Assembly (NCBI GenBank): GCA_024683955.1 | Contig: JAIKXS010000042.1 | Span: 5,681 to 69,680 of the forward strand | DNA: 64,000 nt | Direction of reading: 5' to 3' | Source: Desulfovibrio sp. | GTDB lineage: Bacteria; Desulfobacterota; Desulfovibrionia; Desulfovibrionales; Desulfovibrionaceae | Shown here: positions 55,559 to 64,000 of the stretch, one piece after another | Layout: the number at the start of each line of letters is the position of its first letter | Position numbering within the stretch: position 1 is the stretch's first letter | The notes under the pieces: generated by a model | Seen by the model: the letters and a program-made list of their open reading frames with translations, nothing else | What the model was told of the DNA's origin: nothing | Database searches by the model: none | Translations under genes and position numbers: made by a program

Positions 55559-55841
55559 GACTATCCTCCGCAAAAACTGACTAAAAAATGGCACACAGGA
55601 ACTACGATACACGCCTACGGGCAAAAAGCGTTGAAAAAATATCATTTTACCCACTTCTCTTCAAGGTCGCAAATACGCCCGAAGACGGAGAGAAGTGCTG
55701 TCAACTGTCAGCAAGCAGGGGAAAACAGCAGAAGCGGAGAGGATAAAAACGGCGGCGCAGGAGAGAAGGAAACACGTATCCCGCTGATGCGGGTCACGTC
55801 ATGATGGGAAGGACATTCTGAATTTCAACGGATGAAAGACG

Positions 55842-55870
55842 AGAAAGCCGCGGATTATCCGCGGCTTTCT
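55842..55870 (-). terminator. Terminator hairpin after dnaK
   Basis: 13-bp stem AGAAAGCCGCGGA / TCCGCGGCTTTCT with a 3-nt loop. The downstream sequence is moderately T-rich on both strands. Confidence 0.65.
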
Positions 55871-55892
55871 TCCATATTTCTATTCTGCAGCC

Positions 55893-57803
55893 CTACTTTT
55901 TGACTTCTGTGTAGTCGGCGTCAACCACGTCGTCATTGGGATTCTGCGTGGCCCCGCCCTTCGGATCCGGGCCGGCAGCGCCCTCCTGAGCACCTGCCGT
56001 ACCTGTCTGCTTATACAGCTCCTCGGCAAGCTTGTGACTCGCCTTACTCAGGTCTTCCGTGGCACGTTTTATGGCGTCAACATCCTCGGACTCCATGGTT
56101 TTACGCAGGTCCTGAATTTTGCCTTCAATGGTGGTCTTCAGGGTTGCGTCGACCTTGTCGCCAAGATCCGTCATCGATTTCTCGGTGGCGTAGATAAGAC
56201 TGTCAGCCTGATTCCTGGCCTCGATAAGATCCTGCTTCTTCTTGTCGTCGCTCGCGTGGGCTTCTGCCTCACGAACAAGACGGTTGATGTCCTCTTCAGA
56301 AAGTCCGGATGAGGCCGTAATCTTTATGGATTGCTCCTTTCCTGTCCCCATATCCTTGGCCGACACATTGACGATACCGTTTGCATCAATGTCAAAGGTG
56401 ACCTCGATCTGCGGAATGCCACGGGGAGCCGGGGGAATACCTGTCAGATCAAATCGTCCAAGAGTCATATTGTCCGCAGCCATGGGCCGTTCGCCCTGCA
56501 GGACATGAATCGAAACAGAAGGCTGGTTATCGGCAGCCGTTGTGAATACATTGCTCTTACGTGTCGGGATCGTGGTATTGCGTTCGATAAGTTTGGTGAA
56601 GACACCGCCCATGGTTTCAATTCCGAGAGACAGGGGCGTGACATCAAGAAGCAGAACGTCCTTCACATCACCCGTCAGGATACCACCCTGGATGGCGGCT
56701 CCCATGGCAACGACCTCGTCGGGGTTCACCGAACGGTTCGGTTCTTTTCCGAAGAAATCAGTCACGGTCTTCTGCACGAGCGGCATACGGGTCATACCGC
56801 CGACAAGAATAACTTCGTCGATCTGACCGGGCTCAAGTCCTGCATCGGCAAGGGCTTTACGGCACGGTTCAATGGTACGCTTTGCCAGGTCATCCACAAG
56901 GGATTCCAGTTTGGCCCGGGAAATTTTCTGCATCAGGTGCTTAGGGCCATTCTGATCAGCGGTGATAAACGGCAGATTGACTTCTGCCTCCATGGAGGTC
57001 GAAAGGTCCTTCTTCGCCTTCTCCGCGGCTTCCTTCAGACGTTGCAAGGCCATGCTGTCCTTCGACAAATCAATACCGTTTTCCTTCTTGAATTCATCGA
57101 CAAGATAATGGATCACGCGCTGGTCAAAGTCCTCACCGCCGAGGAAGGTGTCACCGTTGGTTGCACGGACTTCCACAACGTTATCGCCCACTTCCAGAAT
57201 GGAAATATCAAAGGTTCCGCCACCAAGGTCAAAGACCGCAATCTTTTCGTTGGATTTTTTATCGGCGCCGTAGGCAAGAGAGGCAGCCGTGGGCTCGTTG
57301 ATAATTCGCTTGACCTCAAGGCCTGCAATGCGGCCAGCGTCCTTTGTCGCCTGACGCTGGGCATCATTGAAGTAGGCGGGAACCGTAATAACCGCTTCTG
57401 AAACAGTCTCGCCCAAATACGCTTCCGCATCGGCCTTCAGCTTCGCGAGTATCATGGCCGAAACTTCCGGTGCACTGTACACACGGCCGTCAACTTCAAC
57501 CCCTGCGTCATCATTGGCACTTTTAGCGATCACGTAGGGAGAATGCTCTTTCCAGCGGTCAACTTCGGGGCTTGCAAACTTGCGTCCCATAAGACGCTTA
57601 ATGGCGAAAATGGTCCGTTTGGGGTTGGTCACGGCCTGACGTTTCGCAATATCACCAACCAAACGTTCCTTATCCGTAAAAGCAACGACCGAAGGTGTTG
57701 TTCTGCCACCTTCTGGGTTTGTGATGCACTTGGGGTCTTTCCCCTCCATGATATACACGCACGAGTTTGTCGTACCAAGGTCAATACCGATTATTTTGGA
57801 CAT
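55893..57803 (-). CDS. dnaK: Molecular chaperone DnaK (Hsp70)
   Basis: 636 aa. [18 protein letters not shown] and full-length Hsp70 organisation. Confidence 0.98.
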   Translation of the reverse strand: MSKIIGIDLGTTNSCVYIMEGKDPKCITNPEGGRTTPSVVAFTDKERLVGDIAKRQAVTNPKRTIFAIKRLMGRKFASPEVDRWKEHSPYVIAKSANDDAGVEVDGRVYSAPEVSAMILAKLKADAEAYLGETVSEAVITVPAYFNDAQRQATKDAGRIAGLEVKRIINEPTAASLAYGADKKSNEKIAVFDLGGGTFDISILEVGDNVVEVRATNGDTFLGGEDFDQRVIHYLVDEFKKENGIDLSKDSMALQRLKEAAEKAKKDLSTSMEAEVNLPFITADQNGPKHLMQKISRAKLESLVDDLAKRTIEPCRKALADAGLEPGQIDEVILVGGMTRMPLVQKTVTDFFGKEPNRSVNPDEVVAMGAAIQGGILTGDVKDVLLLDVTPLSLGIETMGGVFTKLIERNTTIPTRKSNVFTTAADNQPSVSIHVLQGERPMAADNMTLGRFDLTGIPPAPRGIPQIEVTFDIDANGIVNVSAKDMGTGKEQSIKITASSGLSEEDINRLVREAEAHASDDKKKQDLIEARNQADSLIYATEKSMTDLGDKVDATLKTTIEGKIQDLRKTMESEDVDAIKRATEDLSKASHKLAEELYKQTGTAGAQEGAAGPDPKGGATQNPNDDVVDADYTEVKK

Positions 57804-58226
57804 ATATGTATTCCTCCGAAAAATTGTTGTCGCATTTTTTCGTTTTGTTCACGGAAAGATTGTTTTATGACTGTTCACGTGAAAAATAATGCTTCCTTTC
57901 AGGCTGTCCACCCTTCAGAACAATTTTTTTGGAGGTTTGAAAGATTTTTATGGGAAAGGACCTCGAAAGAAGCTCTTCTGTCGAGGGGGAGGGGAAGGCG
58001 CTCCCGAAAAAACAGGGTCTGGCACTGAAACAAAACGCCTACGACTCGTCGCGCTCCACGCACCGGAAAAAAAGGAAGGAGTGGGAAGGGATCTTCCGGA
58101 GAAAGATTCAGACGGCGGGAAGTCTGTCCCCCCGGAAAAAAAGACCGCGAATACCGAGGGCGGGCTGTCCTCCCCCCGATAACGGGGAAAATCGGAAGGA
58201 ATAAAGGATCCGGCAACGGGAAGAGA

Positions 58227-58841
58227 TCAATCAAGTTTTTGGCGATAGGCAAGTGACTGACGCAGGGTCTCCTGATCCATAAACTTGACCTCGCTCCCAA
58301 GCGGCATGCCCTGGGCAAGACGGCTCACCGCAAGACCCGGCACCTCGCGTCTGCAAATATCAAGAAGCCAGGAGGTCGTTGTCTCGGCATTTCCCGTCGC
58401 GCCAAGAGCAAGAACGAGCTCCGTAATCTCCCCCTCACGCAGGCGGCTCAAAAGTTCGGAGGTGTGCAACGATGACGGATCAACATGGTCAAGGGGCGAA
58501 AGCAGGCCACCGAGGACAAAATACTGGCCACGGTAGAAGCCTCCGTTATCAAGGGTCAGCATGCTGTCCCAGTCAGGAACAATGCAGAGCATATGACGGT
58601 CCCTGGCGGGATCAGCGCAAACGGGACAGACCTTCTCCTCCGAAAGGCCAAGGCATCGGCAACAAAGGCCAAGCCTGTCGCGAAGGGTGCTTATGCTCGA
58701 CCCAAGCGCCCGTGTTTTCTGTTCAGGCCACGCAAGCAGAGTCATGGCAACCCGCATGGCAGACTTGGGACCGAGCCCCGGCAAGGCCCCAAGCTGTTTC
58801 ACAAGCGTAGCAAGAGCCTCAGGAACAGGATGGACGGACAT
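58227..58841 (-). CDS. recR: Recombination protein RecR
   Basis: 204 aa with a helix-hairpin-helix, a C4 zinc finger (CCRC....CPVC) and a Toprim domain. Confidence 0.95.
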   Translation of the reverse strand: MSVHPVPEALATLVKQLGALPGLGPKSAMRVAMTLLAWPEQKTRALGSSISTLRDRLGLCCRCLGLSEEKVCPVCADPARDRHMLCIVPDWDSMLTLDNGGFYRGQYFVLGGLLSPLDHVDPSSLHTSELLSRLREGEITELVLALGATGNAETTTSWLLDICRREVPGLAVSRLAQGMPLGSEVKFMDQETLRQSLAYRQKLD

Positions 58842-59153
58842 CTAAAACAGGCCAGGGATCTTGATCCCGCCGGAAAGCGTGCCCATTTCGCGTTCCATGG
58901 TTTCACGCGCAATGCGCTGGGCCTCATTGACAGCCGCAACAATCAGGTCCTGCAACATTTCCACATCGCCGTCCGCAAAGATCTGGGGGTCGATTTTGAT
59001 GCTGCGCAGCTCATTGTTGCCGGACACCTCAACCTTCACCATGCCGCCTCCGCTTGAGGCCTCATAGCTTTTCGCGGCCAGTTCTTCCTGAACCTTGGCC
59101 AGCTTGCGCTGCATTACCTGGGCCTGACGCAAAATATCGTTCATATTGGGCAT
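58842..59153 (-). CDS. ybaB: Nucleoid-associated protein YbaB/EbfC
   Basis: 103 aa with the typical ..MQ.K....QEEL........GGG.V.V...G...L..I.ID pattern. Sits between dnaX and recR, the conserved arrangement. Confidence 0.95.
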   Translation of the reverse strand: MPNMNDILRQAQVMQRKLAKVQEELAAKSYEASSGGGMVKVEVSGNNELRSIKIDPQIFADGDVEMLQDLIVAAVNEAQRIARETMEREMGTLSGGIKIPGLF

Positions 59154-59188
59154 AAAAGACTCCTCGTTTCAACGTCATCGTAAACGAA

Positions 59189-61300
59189 TCAATGTTCGCG
59201 GCACTGTTCTATGACCGCGTCAAATATGGCAAGACACGGGGCCAATTCCTCCCGGTCGCGCAACTTCTCGACAAGTTCACGAGATGATTTTGCGACTTCC
59301 GGCTCAGAAATCTCAAGCGTGATGGAGGGAGTATGCAAAAAAGTTCTCAAGCGTTCAAGGAAAAAGCCTTCCGACTCCCGGAGAAGAGAATAGAGCTTAT
59401 GGCTTGCCGGTTTCATGAGCACCTTAAAGCCTAACATTTCTACGGAAAGATTACGCAAGACAGTTTCCGGAACGTGGAGCGCCCCCTCCTTTGCCCCGTT
59501 GGCGCAAAAAGCACAAAAAGCCGGCCAGTCGAGACTCGGAAAGGAGGCGTCTGACGAAGAGAGGATGGGATCATCTTCGTAACAATAGTCATCCTCCGCT
59601 GGCAAAAGCGGGGAGGCAGGGCTCAGAGAGGTGGGCTGTGCCGCGTGTTCCCCATCCTCCGTTCCATCATTTCTCTCGAAAGCTTTTGCCACAGCCGCCG
59701 CACGGTCCGCACTCGTTCTGTCAGCGGAAGACGGGCCTCCGTCCATGCCCTCGTTTTCTCCTTCCGCCTCACTGCCACTCGGTCGGCTTGCAGAAGGAGA
59801 CGAGCCTCTTGAAAAAGAAGGCGGGCGCTGCCGCGACGGGGTAACGGGACCCGCAGCCTGTTCATCGACACGCGTAGAAGAGGATGTGCCCTTGTTTGCT
59901 GTCAGGGGCTGTCTGTCAGACACTGAAGACTCATTGGAGTCTCGCGTCCCGTAAGAAGCCACAGCGCCCCTGGCCTCCCCGCCCGGCTTCTCACTTTTTG
60001 TAACGGAGAAGTGCGAAGGAGGTGTATGAACAGCCGGCGACGGCGAGACAGGGGGGGCGGACGCCAATGATTCGGCATGAGGTCTCCCCTGTGTGTTTCT
60101 GTCCGAAAAGGCGGAATTTCCAGATATCCTGGCACCTTGTCCGACGGGCTGTTGGCGGCCATTGGAGGTCAGCACGCCCTCAAGATTTTCAAGAGGAAGC
60201 AGGGCCGGAAGAAGGGCGAGATTCAGGAGCAGAAGTTCAAGGGCCGAAGCTGGTTCGGTGCTCAGAACGACTGATTTATGTCCTTCAAGCACAAGCTGCC
60301 AGGCGGCATGAAGGTGGGCCGGCGAAAAATCTGCGACAAAGGGGGAAAGAAGGCTCTGATCCTGCGGTGAAAGAAGAAGGGCCTTGGCCATCGAGGGCCC
60401 CCCCTGCCCCAAAAGAAAAAGAGAGCGTAAGAACCCCGCGAGCTCGCGCAGGAAGAACCCTATATCTACGCCCCGGCGCAGGAGTTCCCTTGTCAGGGAA
60501 ACAACGGAAGACGCATTGCGGTCGCGTATGGCCGAAAAGAGCTCTGAAAAGAATTCGTGTCCGGCAAGCCCCAGGACGTCACGCGTCACGGCCAGACTCA
60601 CCCCCTCGCCAAAGGCCAGGGTCTGATCAAGAAGAGACATGCTGTCACGAACACTTCCTTCGGCACGTTTTGCAAGAAGATCGAGAGCCCCCTCCTCGTA
60701 ACTCACCCCCTCCTTCTCCAAAATGAAGGCAAGATGGGAGGTGAGCTCTTCTTCTCTGAGATGCCGGAAGGTAAAATGCTGACAACGGCTTACTATGGTA
60801 ATGGGGAATTTGTGGACCTCGGTGGTCGCCATGATAAAAACGACCCTTGCCGGTGGCTCTTCAAGGGTCTTCAGGAGGGCGTTAAAGGCGCTGTTTGAAA
60901 GCATATGGGCTTCATCAATGATGAAGACCTTGTAGCGTCCCTCCATGGGGGCGTAGCCGACCGTTTCCCGCAGGGCCCGTATGTCCTCAACACCATTGTT
61001 GGAGGCACCGTCAATTTCCACCACGTCCACGTGCGTGCCGTTGGTTATTTTCTGGCATTGAGTGCAGGTGTTGCACGGTTCGGCTGCGGGAGAGTGCTCG
61101 CAATTGAGGGCCTTTGCGAAAATCCGCGCGATTGTTGTTTTTCCGACACCGCGCGTTCCACTAAAAAGGTAGGCACAGGCTGGACTGTCCTCAAGAGCAG
61201 CTCTTGAAAGAACAGCCTTCACCATGTCCTGGCCCGCCACCTCCGCAAAGGACTGCGGACGGTAGCGGGCAGCAAGGGCAAGTTTTTTCTGAATTTCCAT
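59189..61300 (-). CDS. dnaX: DNA polymerase III subunit gamma/tau
   Basis: Trimmed to MEIQKKLALAARYRPQSF (ATG 61300). AAA+ motifs GTRGVGKTT and a Zn module C..C..C, followed by a long Ser/Pro-rich linker and a tau C-terminal domain. Confidence 0.95.
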   Translation of the reverse strand: MEIQKKLALAARYRPQSFAEVAGQDMVKAVLSRAALEDSPACAYLFSGTRGVGKTTIARIFAKALNCEHSPAAEPCNTCTQCQKITNGTHVDVVEIDGASNNGVEDIRALRETVGYAPMEGRYKVFIIDEAHMLSNSAFNALLKTLEEPPARVVFIMATTEVHKFPITIVSRCQHFTFRHLREEELTSHLAFILEKEGVSYEEGALDLLAKRAEGSVRDSMSLLDQTLAFGEGVSLAVTRDVLGLAGHEFFSELFSAIRDRNASSVVSLTRELLRRGVDIGFFLRELAGFLRSLFLLGQGGPSMAKALLLSPQDQSLLSPFVADFSPAHLHAAWQLVLEGHKSVVLSTEPASALELLLLNLALLPALLPLENLEGVLTSNGRQQPVGQGARISGNSAFSDRNTQGRPHAESLASAPPVSPSPAVHTPPSHFSVTKSEKPGGEARGAVASYGTRDSNESSVSDRQPLTANKGTSSSTRVDEQAAGPVTPSRQRPPSFSRGSSPSASRPSGSEAEGENEGMDGGPSSADRTSADRAAAVAKAFERNDGTEDGEHAAQPTSLSPASPLLPAEDDYCYEDDPILSSSDASFPSLDWPAFCAFCANGAKEGALHVPETVLRNLSVEMLGFKVLMKPASHKLYSLLRESEGFFLERLRTFLHTPSITLEISEPEVAKSSRELVEKLRDREELAPCLAIFDAVIEQCREH

Positions 61301-61307
61301 GCAAGGA

Positions 61308-62228
61308 CTACAGGGAGTAGGGGGCAAGCCAGGAGGCGTACTTTTTGTTTTCTCCCTTGACTATTTTGAAAAATTCCTGCTGCAGATGCTTTGTGACAGG
61401 ACCGGCATGGCCTTCGCCGATCGTACGGTTGTCGAGCTGGCGGATGGGGGTAAGTTCCGCAGCCGTGCCGGAGAAGAAGGCTTCGTCGGCGATGTAGAAC
61501 TCGTCGCGCGTGAACTGCTGTTCCTCAACCGTATATCCGAGATCCCGGGCCAGCTGCATAACGCTGTCCCGCGTAATGCCACCAAGGATGGATGTCCAGG
61601 GTGTTGTCTTGATTTTGCCGTCACGTACAATAAAAATATTTTCGCCGGTGGCCTCGCTCACAAAGCCGTTGGTATCAAGCATGACGGCCTCGTCGAAACC
61701 GTTTTCCTTGGCTTCGATCTTGGCCAGAATGGAATTGATGTAATTCCCCGCCGCTTTGGCCTTGGACATGCTGGTATTCACATGGCTGCGGGCAAATGAG
61801 CTCGTGCAAACGCGAATACCCTTCTCAAGGGCCTCGGCTCCGAGATAGGCACCCCAGGACCAGGCCGCGATAATGGTCTGCACGGGATTATTACCGGGAT
61901 ACACGCCCATTTCACCATAACCGACGAAAGAAAGCGGGCGGATATAGGCATCACGCATGCCATTTGCCTTGAGAAGGTCCAAAACGCCCTTTGCGATCTC
62001 ATCAGCAGTATAGGGAATCTGCATACGAAGGATTTTTCCGGAATTGATCAGGCGTTTTGCATGATCTTCAAGACGAAAGACTGCCGAACTGCCGTCGCTG
62101 CACTGATAAGCACGAATTCCTTCAAAAACGGCACTTCCGTAATGGAGAGAATGGGTCAAAACATGCACCTGGGCCTCATTCCAAGGCACAAGTTTACCAT
62201 CGAACCATATAAATTTTGTTGGCTGCAT
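61308..62228 (-). CDS. ilvE: Branched-chain amino acid aminotransferase
   Basis: 306 aa with a class IV aminotransferase pattern (..HSLHYGSAVFEGIRAY.., ..AKAAGNY.NS..). Confidence 0.95.
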   Translation of the reverse strand: MQPTKFIWFDGKLVPWNEAQVHVLTHSLHYGSAVFEGIRAYQCSDGSSAVFRLEDHAKRLINSGKILRMQIPYTADEIAKGVLDLLKANGMRDAYIRPLSFVGYGEMGVYPGNNPVQTIIAAWSWGAYLGAEALEKGIRVCTSSFARSHVNTSMSKAKAAGNYINSILAKIEAKENGFDEAVMLDTNGFVSEATGENIFIVRDGKIKTTPWTSILGGITRDSVMQLARDLGYTVEEQQFTRDEFYIADEAFFSGTAAELTPIRQLDNRTIGEGHAGPVTKHLQQEFFKIVKGENKKYASWLAPYSL

Positions 62229-62300
62229 ATGATCCTCCTAAAATGCACTGCCAGGAAATCACAAAACATATTGTCACCAACGGAAAAACAGCGACACAGA

Positions 62301-62328
62301 ACCATCCAGAAACCTTTTTCTGAATGGT
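62301..62328 (-). terminator. Terminator-like hairpin about 75 nt upstream of ilvE; near-copy of the 34447-34475 hairpin
   Basis: The minus strand reads ACCATTCAGAAA-aagg-TTTCTGGATGGT (one G-U pair) followed by TCTGTGTCGCTGTTTTTCC. Confidence 0.5.
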
Positions 62329-62440
62329 CCCGGTTCGCCCTCCGCTGAAAAGCTCCTGCATCCGAAAAGGCCAAAATGACCGCTTCGCGGTACCCGCGTA
62401 ATCAACCGCGTGACCTACTTTTGCGTATATTTGCGAAAAA

Positions 62441-62469
62441 AACTTACTTGAAAAGGCGTGGCCTTGCAA
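62441..62469 (-). promoter_or_regulatory. Sigma-70-type promoter candidate upstream of ilvE
   Basis: The minus strand reads TTGCAA, a 17-nt spacer, then TAAGTT. Confidence 0.3.
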
Positions 62470-62534
62470 GCCTTGGCAGCATGCGGCTCACCTTGGCGTG
62501 ATCCGAAAAAATAACGGGTACTTGATCCCCGTCT

Positions 62535-63569
62535 CTAAAAAAGAACGGTCAGTGTAACACAGAAAAGCCAGAGCAGAGTCATGCCGAAAAATGCAGAAAA
62601 GCGCATGGCGGAAAGAAGGGCAGAAAGCCGCGCGTCATCCCAGGGGAAGGCCTTCTCCTTTGGAGGACCAAGCCAGGGTTTGGGGACGTATTCACCGAAA
62701 TAAACCGAAGGCCCCGCCATGCGAGCAGAAAGAAGCCAGGCAAACACCGCCATGGAACAACCGGAGTTGGGGCTTGGCATGCCAAGGGCTTCCCTGTGCA
62801 GGGCGTTAAAGGAGGGAAGCCGGCCGGAATAGCCGCGCTTGTCCGGACAGAAGGTCCGCAGGAAAATGTCGCTTACGCTGACGGCGACAATGGAGAGCCT
62901 GGCCGGAATAAAGGCGAGACAGTCGTCCATTCTGGCAAATGCACAGCCGAGAAAGCGGAAGCGTGGTGTCATGTAGCCCCACATGGAATCCCCCGTGCTC
63001 ACGGCCTTGTAAATCCAGAGTCCCAGGGGACCAGTCAGCAGGAGCCAGAAAAAAGGAGCTGTCAACGCGTCCGTAAAATTTTCCGAAAGCGTGTCGGCCA
63101 GAGTTTTTCTCATAAGCGGACGGTCCATGAAGCGGGTATCCCGACTCACAAGAAAGGAGAGATGACGGCGTGCCTTACGCATGGGTTCACGCCGGATGGA
63201 CTGGGCAACCCCCTTCCCCGCTGAAAGAAGACTTCCCATGGCAAGGCCTGCCCACGCAAAATACAGGGCAAGAACAAAGTGGATGACCGGCAGGCAAAGA
63301 AGGACGAAAAGAACAGCGGAGGTCAGGGCAACAAGCCCAAGAAGAACCACGGCGCCGAGAAGACGGCCGAGGACATGCGGACAGGGAAAAACGGCAAGAA
63401 GTCTCTGGCAGGGTTTTTCAACGAAGCCCAGAAAGCGTCCCTGGAACACAACCGGATGAGGCCAGGGAAGAGGCGGATCTCCAAGGAGAAGGTCCAGAAG
63501 AAGGGCCAGAGGAGCCAGAAGAGGGGCATCAAAGACCGTGCCCGGGAAAAAAATGCAGCTCACATCCAT
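62535..63569 (-). CDS. cbiB: Adenosylcobinamide-phosphate synthase CbiB/CobD
   Basis: Trimmed to MDVSCIFF (ATG 63569). LLDLLLGDPP..PHPV motif near the N-terminus and a multi-TM body. Confidence 0.85.
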   Translation of the reverse strand: MDVSCIFFPGTVFDAPLLAPLALLLDLLLGDPPLPWPHPVVFQGRFLGFVEKPCQRLLAVFPCPHVLGRLLGAVVLLGLVALTSAVLFVLLCLPVIHFVLALYFAWAGLAMGSLLSAGKGVAQSIRREPMRKARRHLSFLVSRDTRFMDRPLMRKTLADTLSENFTDALTAPFFWLLLTGPLGLWIYKAVSTGDSMWGYMTPRFRFLGCAFARMDDCLAFIPARLSIVAVSVSDIFLRTFCPDKRGYSGRLPSFNALHREALGMPSPNSGCSMAVFAWLLSARMAGPSVYFGEYVPKPWLGPPKEKAFPWDDARLSALLSAMRFSAFFGMTLLWLFCVTLTVLF

Positions 63570-64000
63570 TCGGAGGGAATGCCCAGGGTGCACAGGGCCA
63601 TATAGAGAACAATGCCGGCACACGTCGAAAGGTTCAGGCTCCGCACACCCCCAGGGAGCATTGGCACACGTATATGGTACGGTGAATAGGTAAGGATATT
63701 GTCCGGAAGTCCGCGTGTTTCCGGCCCGAAGACAAGAAGGTCTGCGGCCGTGAACGAAAACAGGTGAAAGGGTCTGCTCTGGACGCGCCTTTTACTGGAA
63801 ACCATTACAAGCCTGTCTGCGTCTGTTCGACCGTCCCGCTCAAGAAAGGCCCCCCAGTTTTTCCAGACACGCATGGTCACGTTAGGCCAGTAATCGAGAC
63901 CTGCCCGTTTCAAATAGCGGTCTTCCAGACGGAAACCCAGGGGTTCGACAAGGTGGAGGACAGTCCCGGTTGCCGCGCACAGGCGGGCAATATTACCTGT
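63560..64000 (-). CDS. trmL: tRNA (cytidine/uridine-2'-O)-methyltransferase TrmL (SpoU family); 5' end outside the window
   Basis: The reading frame stays open to the window edge. My translation of the last bases gives ..TGNIARLCAATGTVLHLVEPLGFRLEDRYLKRAGLDYW.., then ..GPETRGLP...VRIPM...VRSLNLS... Confidence 0.85.
   Translation of the reverse strand, partial: TGNIARLCAATGTVLHLVEPLGFRLEDRYLKRAGLDYWPNVTMRVWKNWGAFLERDGRTDADRLVMVSSKRRVQSRPFHLFSFTAADLLVFGPETRGLPDNILTYSPYHIRVPMLPGGVRSLNLSTCAGIVLYMALCTLGIPSEWM

Noticed and set aside
56331-57401. 356-aa ORF on the plus strand
   Set aside because: It is antisense to dnaK. Long antisense ORFs within Hsp70 genes are a well-known artefact, and there is no RBS or independent support.
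57950-58204. 84-aa highly basic plus-strand ORF between recR and dnaK
   Set aside because: It is Lys/Arg/Gly/Ser low-complexity, it runs antisense to the operon direction, and its GGAGG is 14 nt from the ATG. It is probably a by-product of purine-rich intergenic DNA.
1-64000. Search for CRISPR arrays, transposases, integrases, phage genes, rRNA operons and long direct repeats
   Set aside because: I saw none. The only repeated elements are short palindromes and hairpins, reported separately. The window looks like stable core chromosome.

Overview
This 64-kb window is chromosomal DNA from a sulfate-reducing, Desulfovibrio-type deltaproteobacterium. I infer that from sat, dsrC, the rbo-rub-roo oxygen-defence operon and a nine-haem cytochrome (Nhc) redox operon whose NhcA and short rubredoxin resemble, from memory, the D. 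desulfuricans ATCC 27774 proteins. The window is gene dense and mostly core metabolism. In order it carries: the edge of a glycan locus (epimerase, HpcH aldolase, large unknown protein); a Sel1-repeat protein; tamB-tamA; typA; a purine nucleoside phosphorylase; a biotin-carboxylase / fused AccA-AccD carboxyltransferase / BCCP-like cluster; ssb; sat; a VKOR-thioredoxin fusion; flgM with an associated gene; metF; rbo-rub-roo; dsrC; PBP1A; trmI; an HMA protein; gmhB; a two-gene cassette of unknown function; tadA-LOG-miaA-coaD-rsmD; a beta-CASP nuclease; nhcABCD plus hypC; a sodium:solute symporter with a tiny upstream ORF; a NitT/TauT-type ABC importer; gatCA; an LpoA-like lipoprotein; dnaK; and the minus-strand run trmL-cbiB-ilvE-dnaX-ybaB-recR. 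I saw no rRNA, tRNA, CRISPR array, transposase, integrase or phage genes. Three small genes are missing from the ORF track because they are under 60 aa: rubredoxin, nhcD and a 38-aa symporter-associated ORF. The least explained sequence is non-coding. It comprises a structured, terminator-containing leader plus an AT-rich island upstream of the ABC importer (47.26-47.98 kb), a 1-kb ORF-free stretch (44.66-45.68 kb), and several other long intergenic regions. I found no convincing multi-gene system of a novel kind. The candidates below are modest and are flagged as inference.
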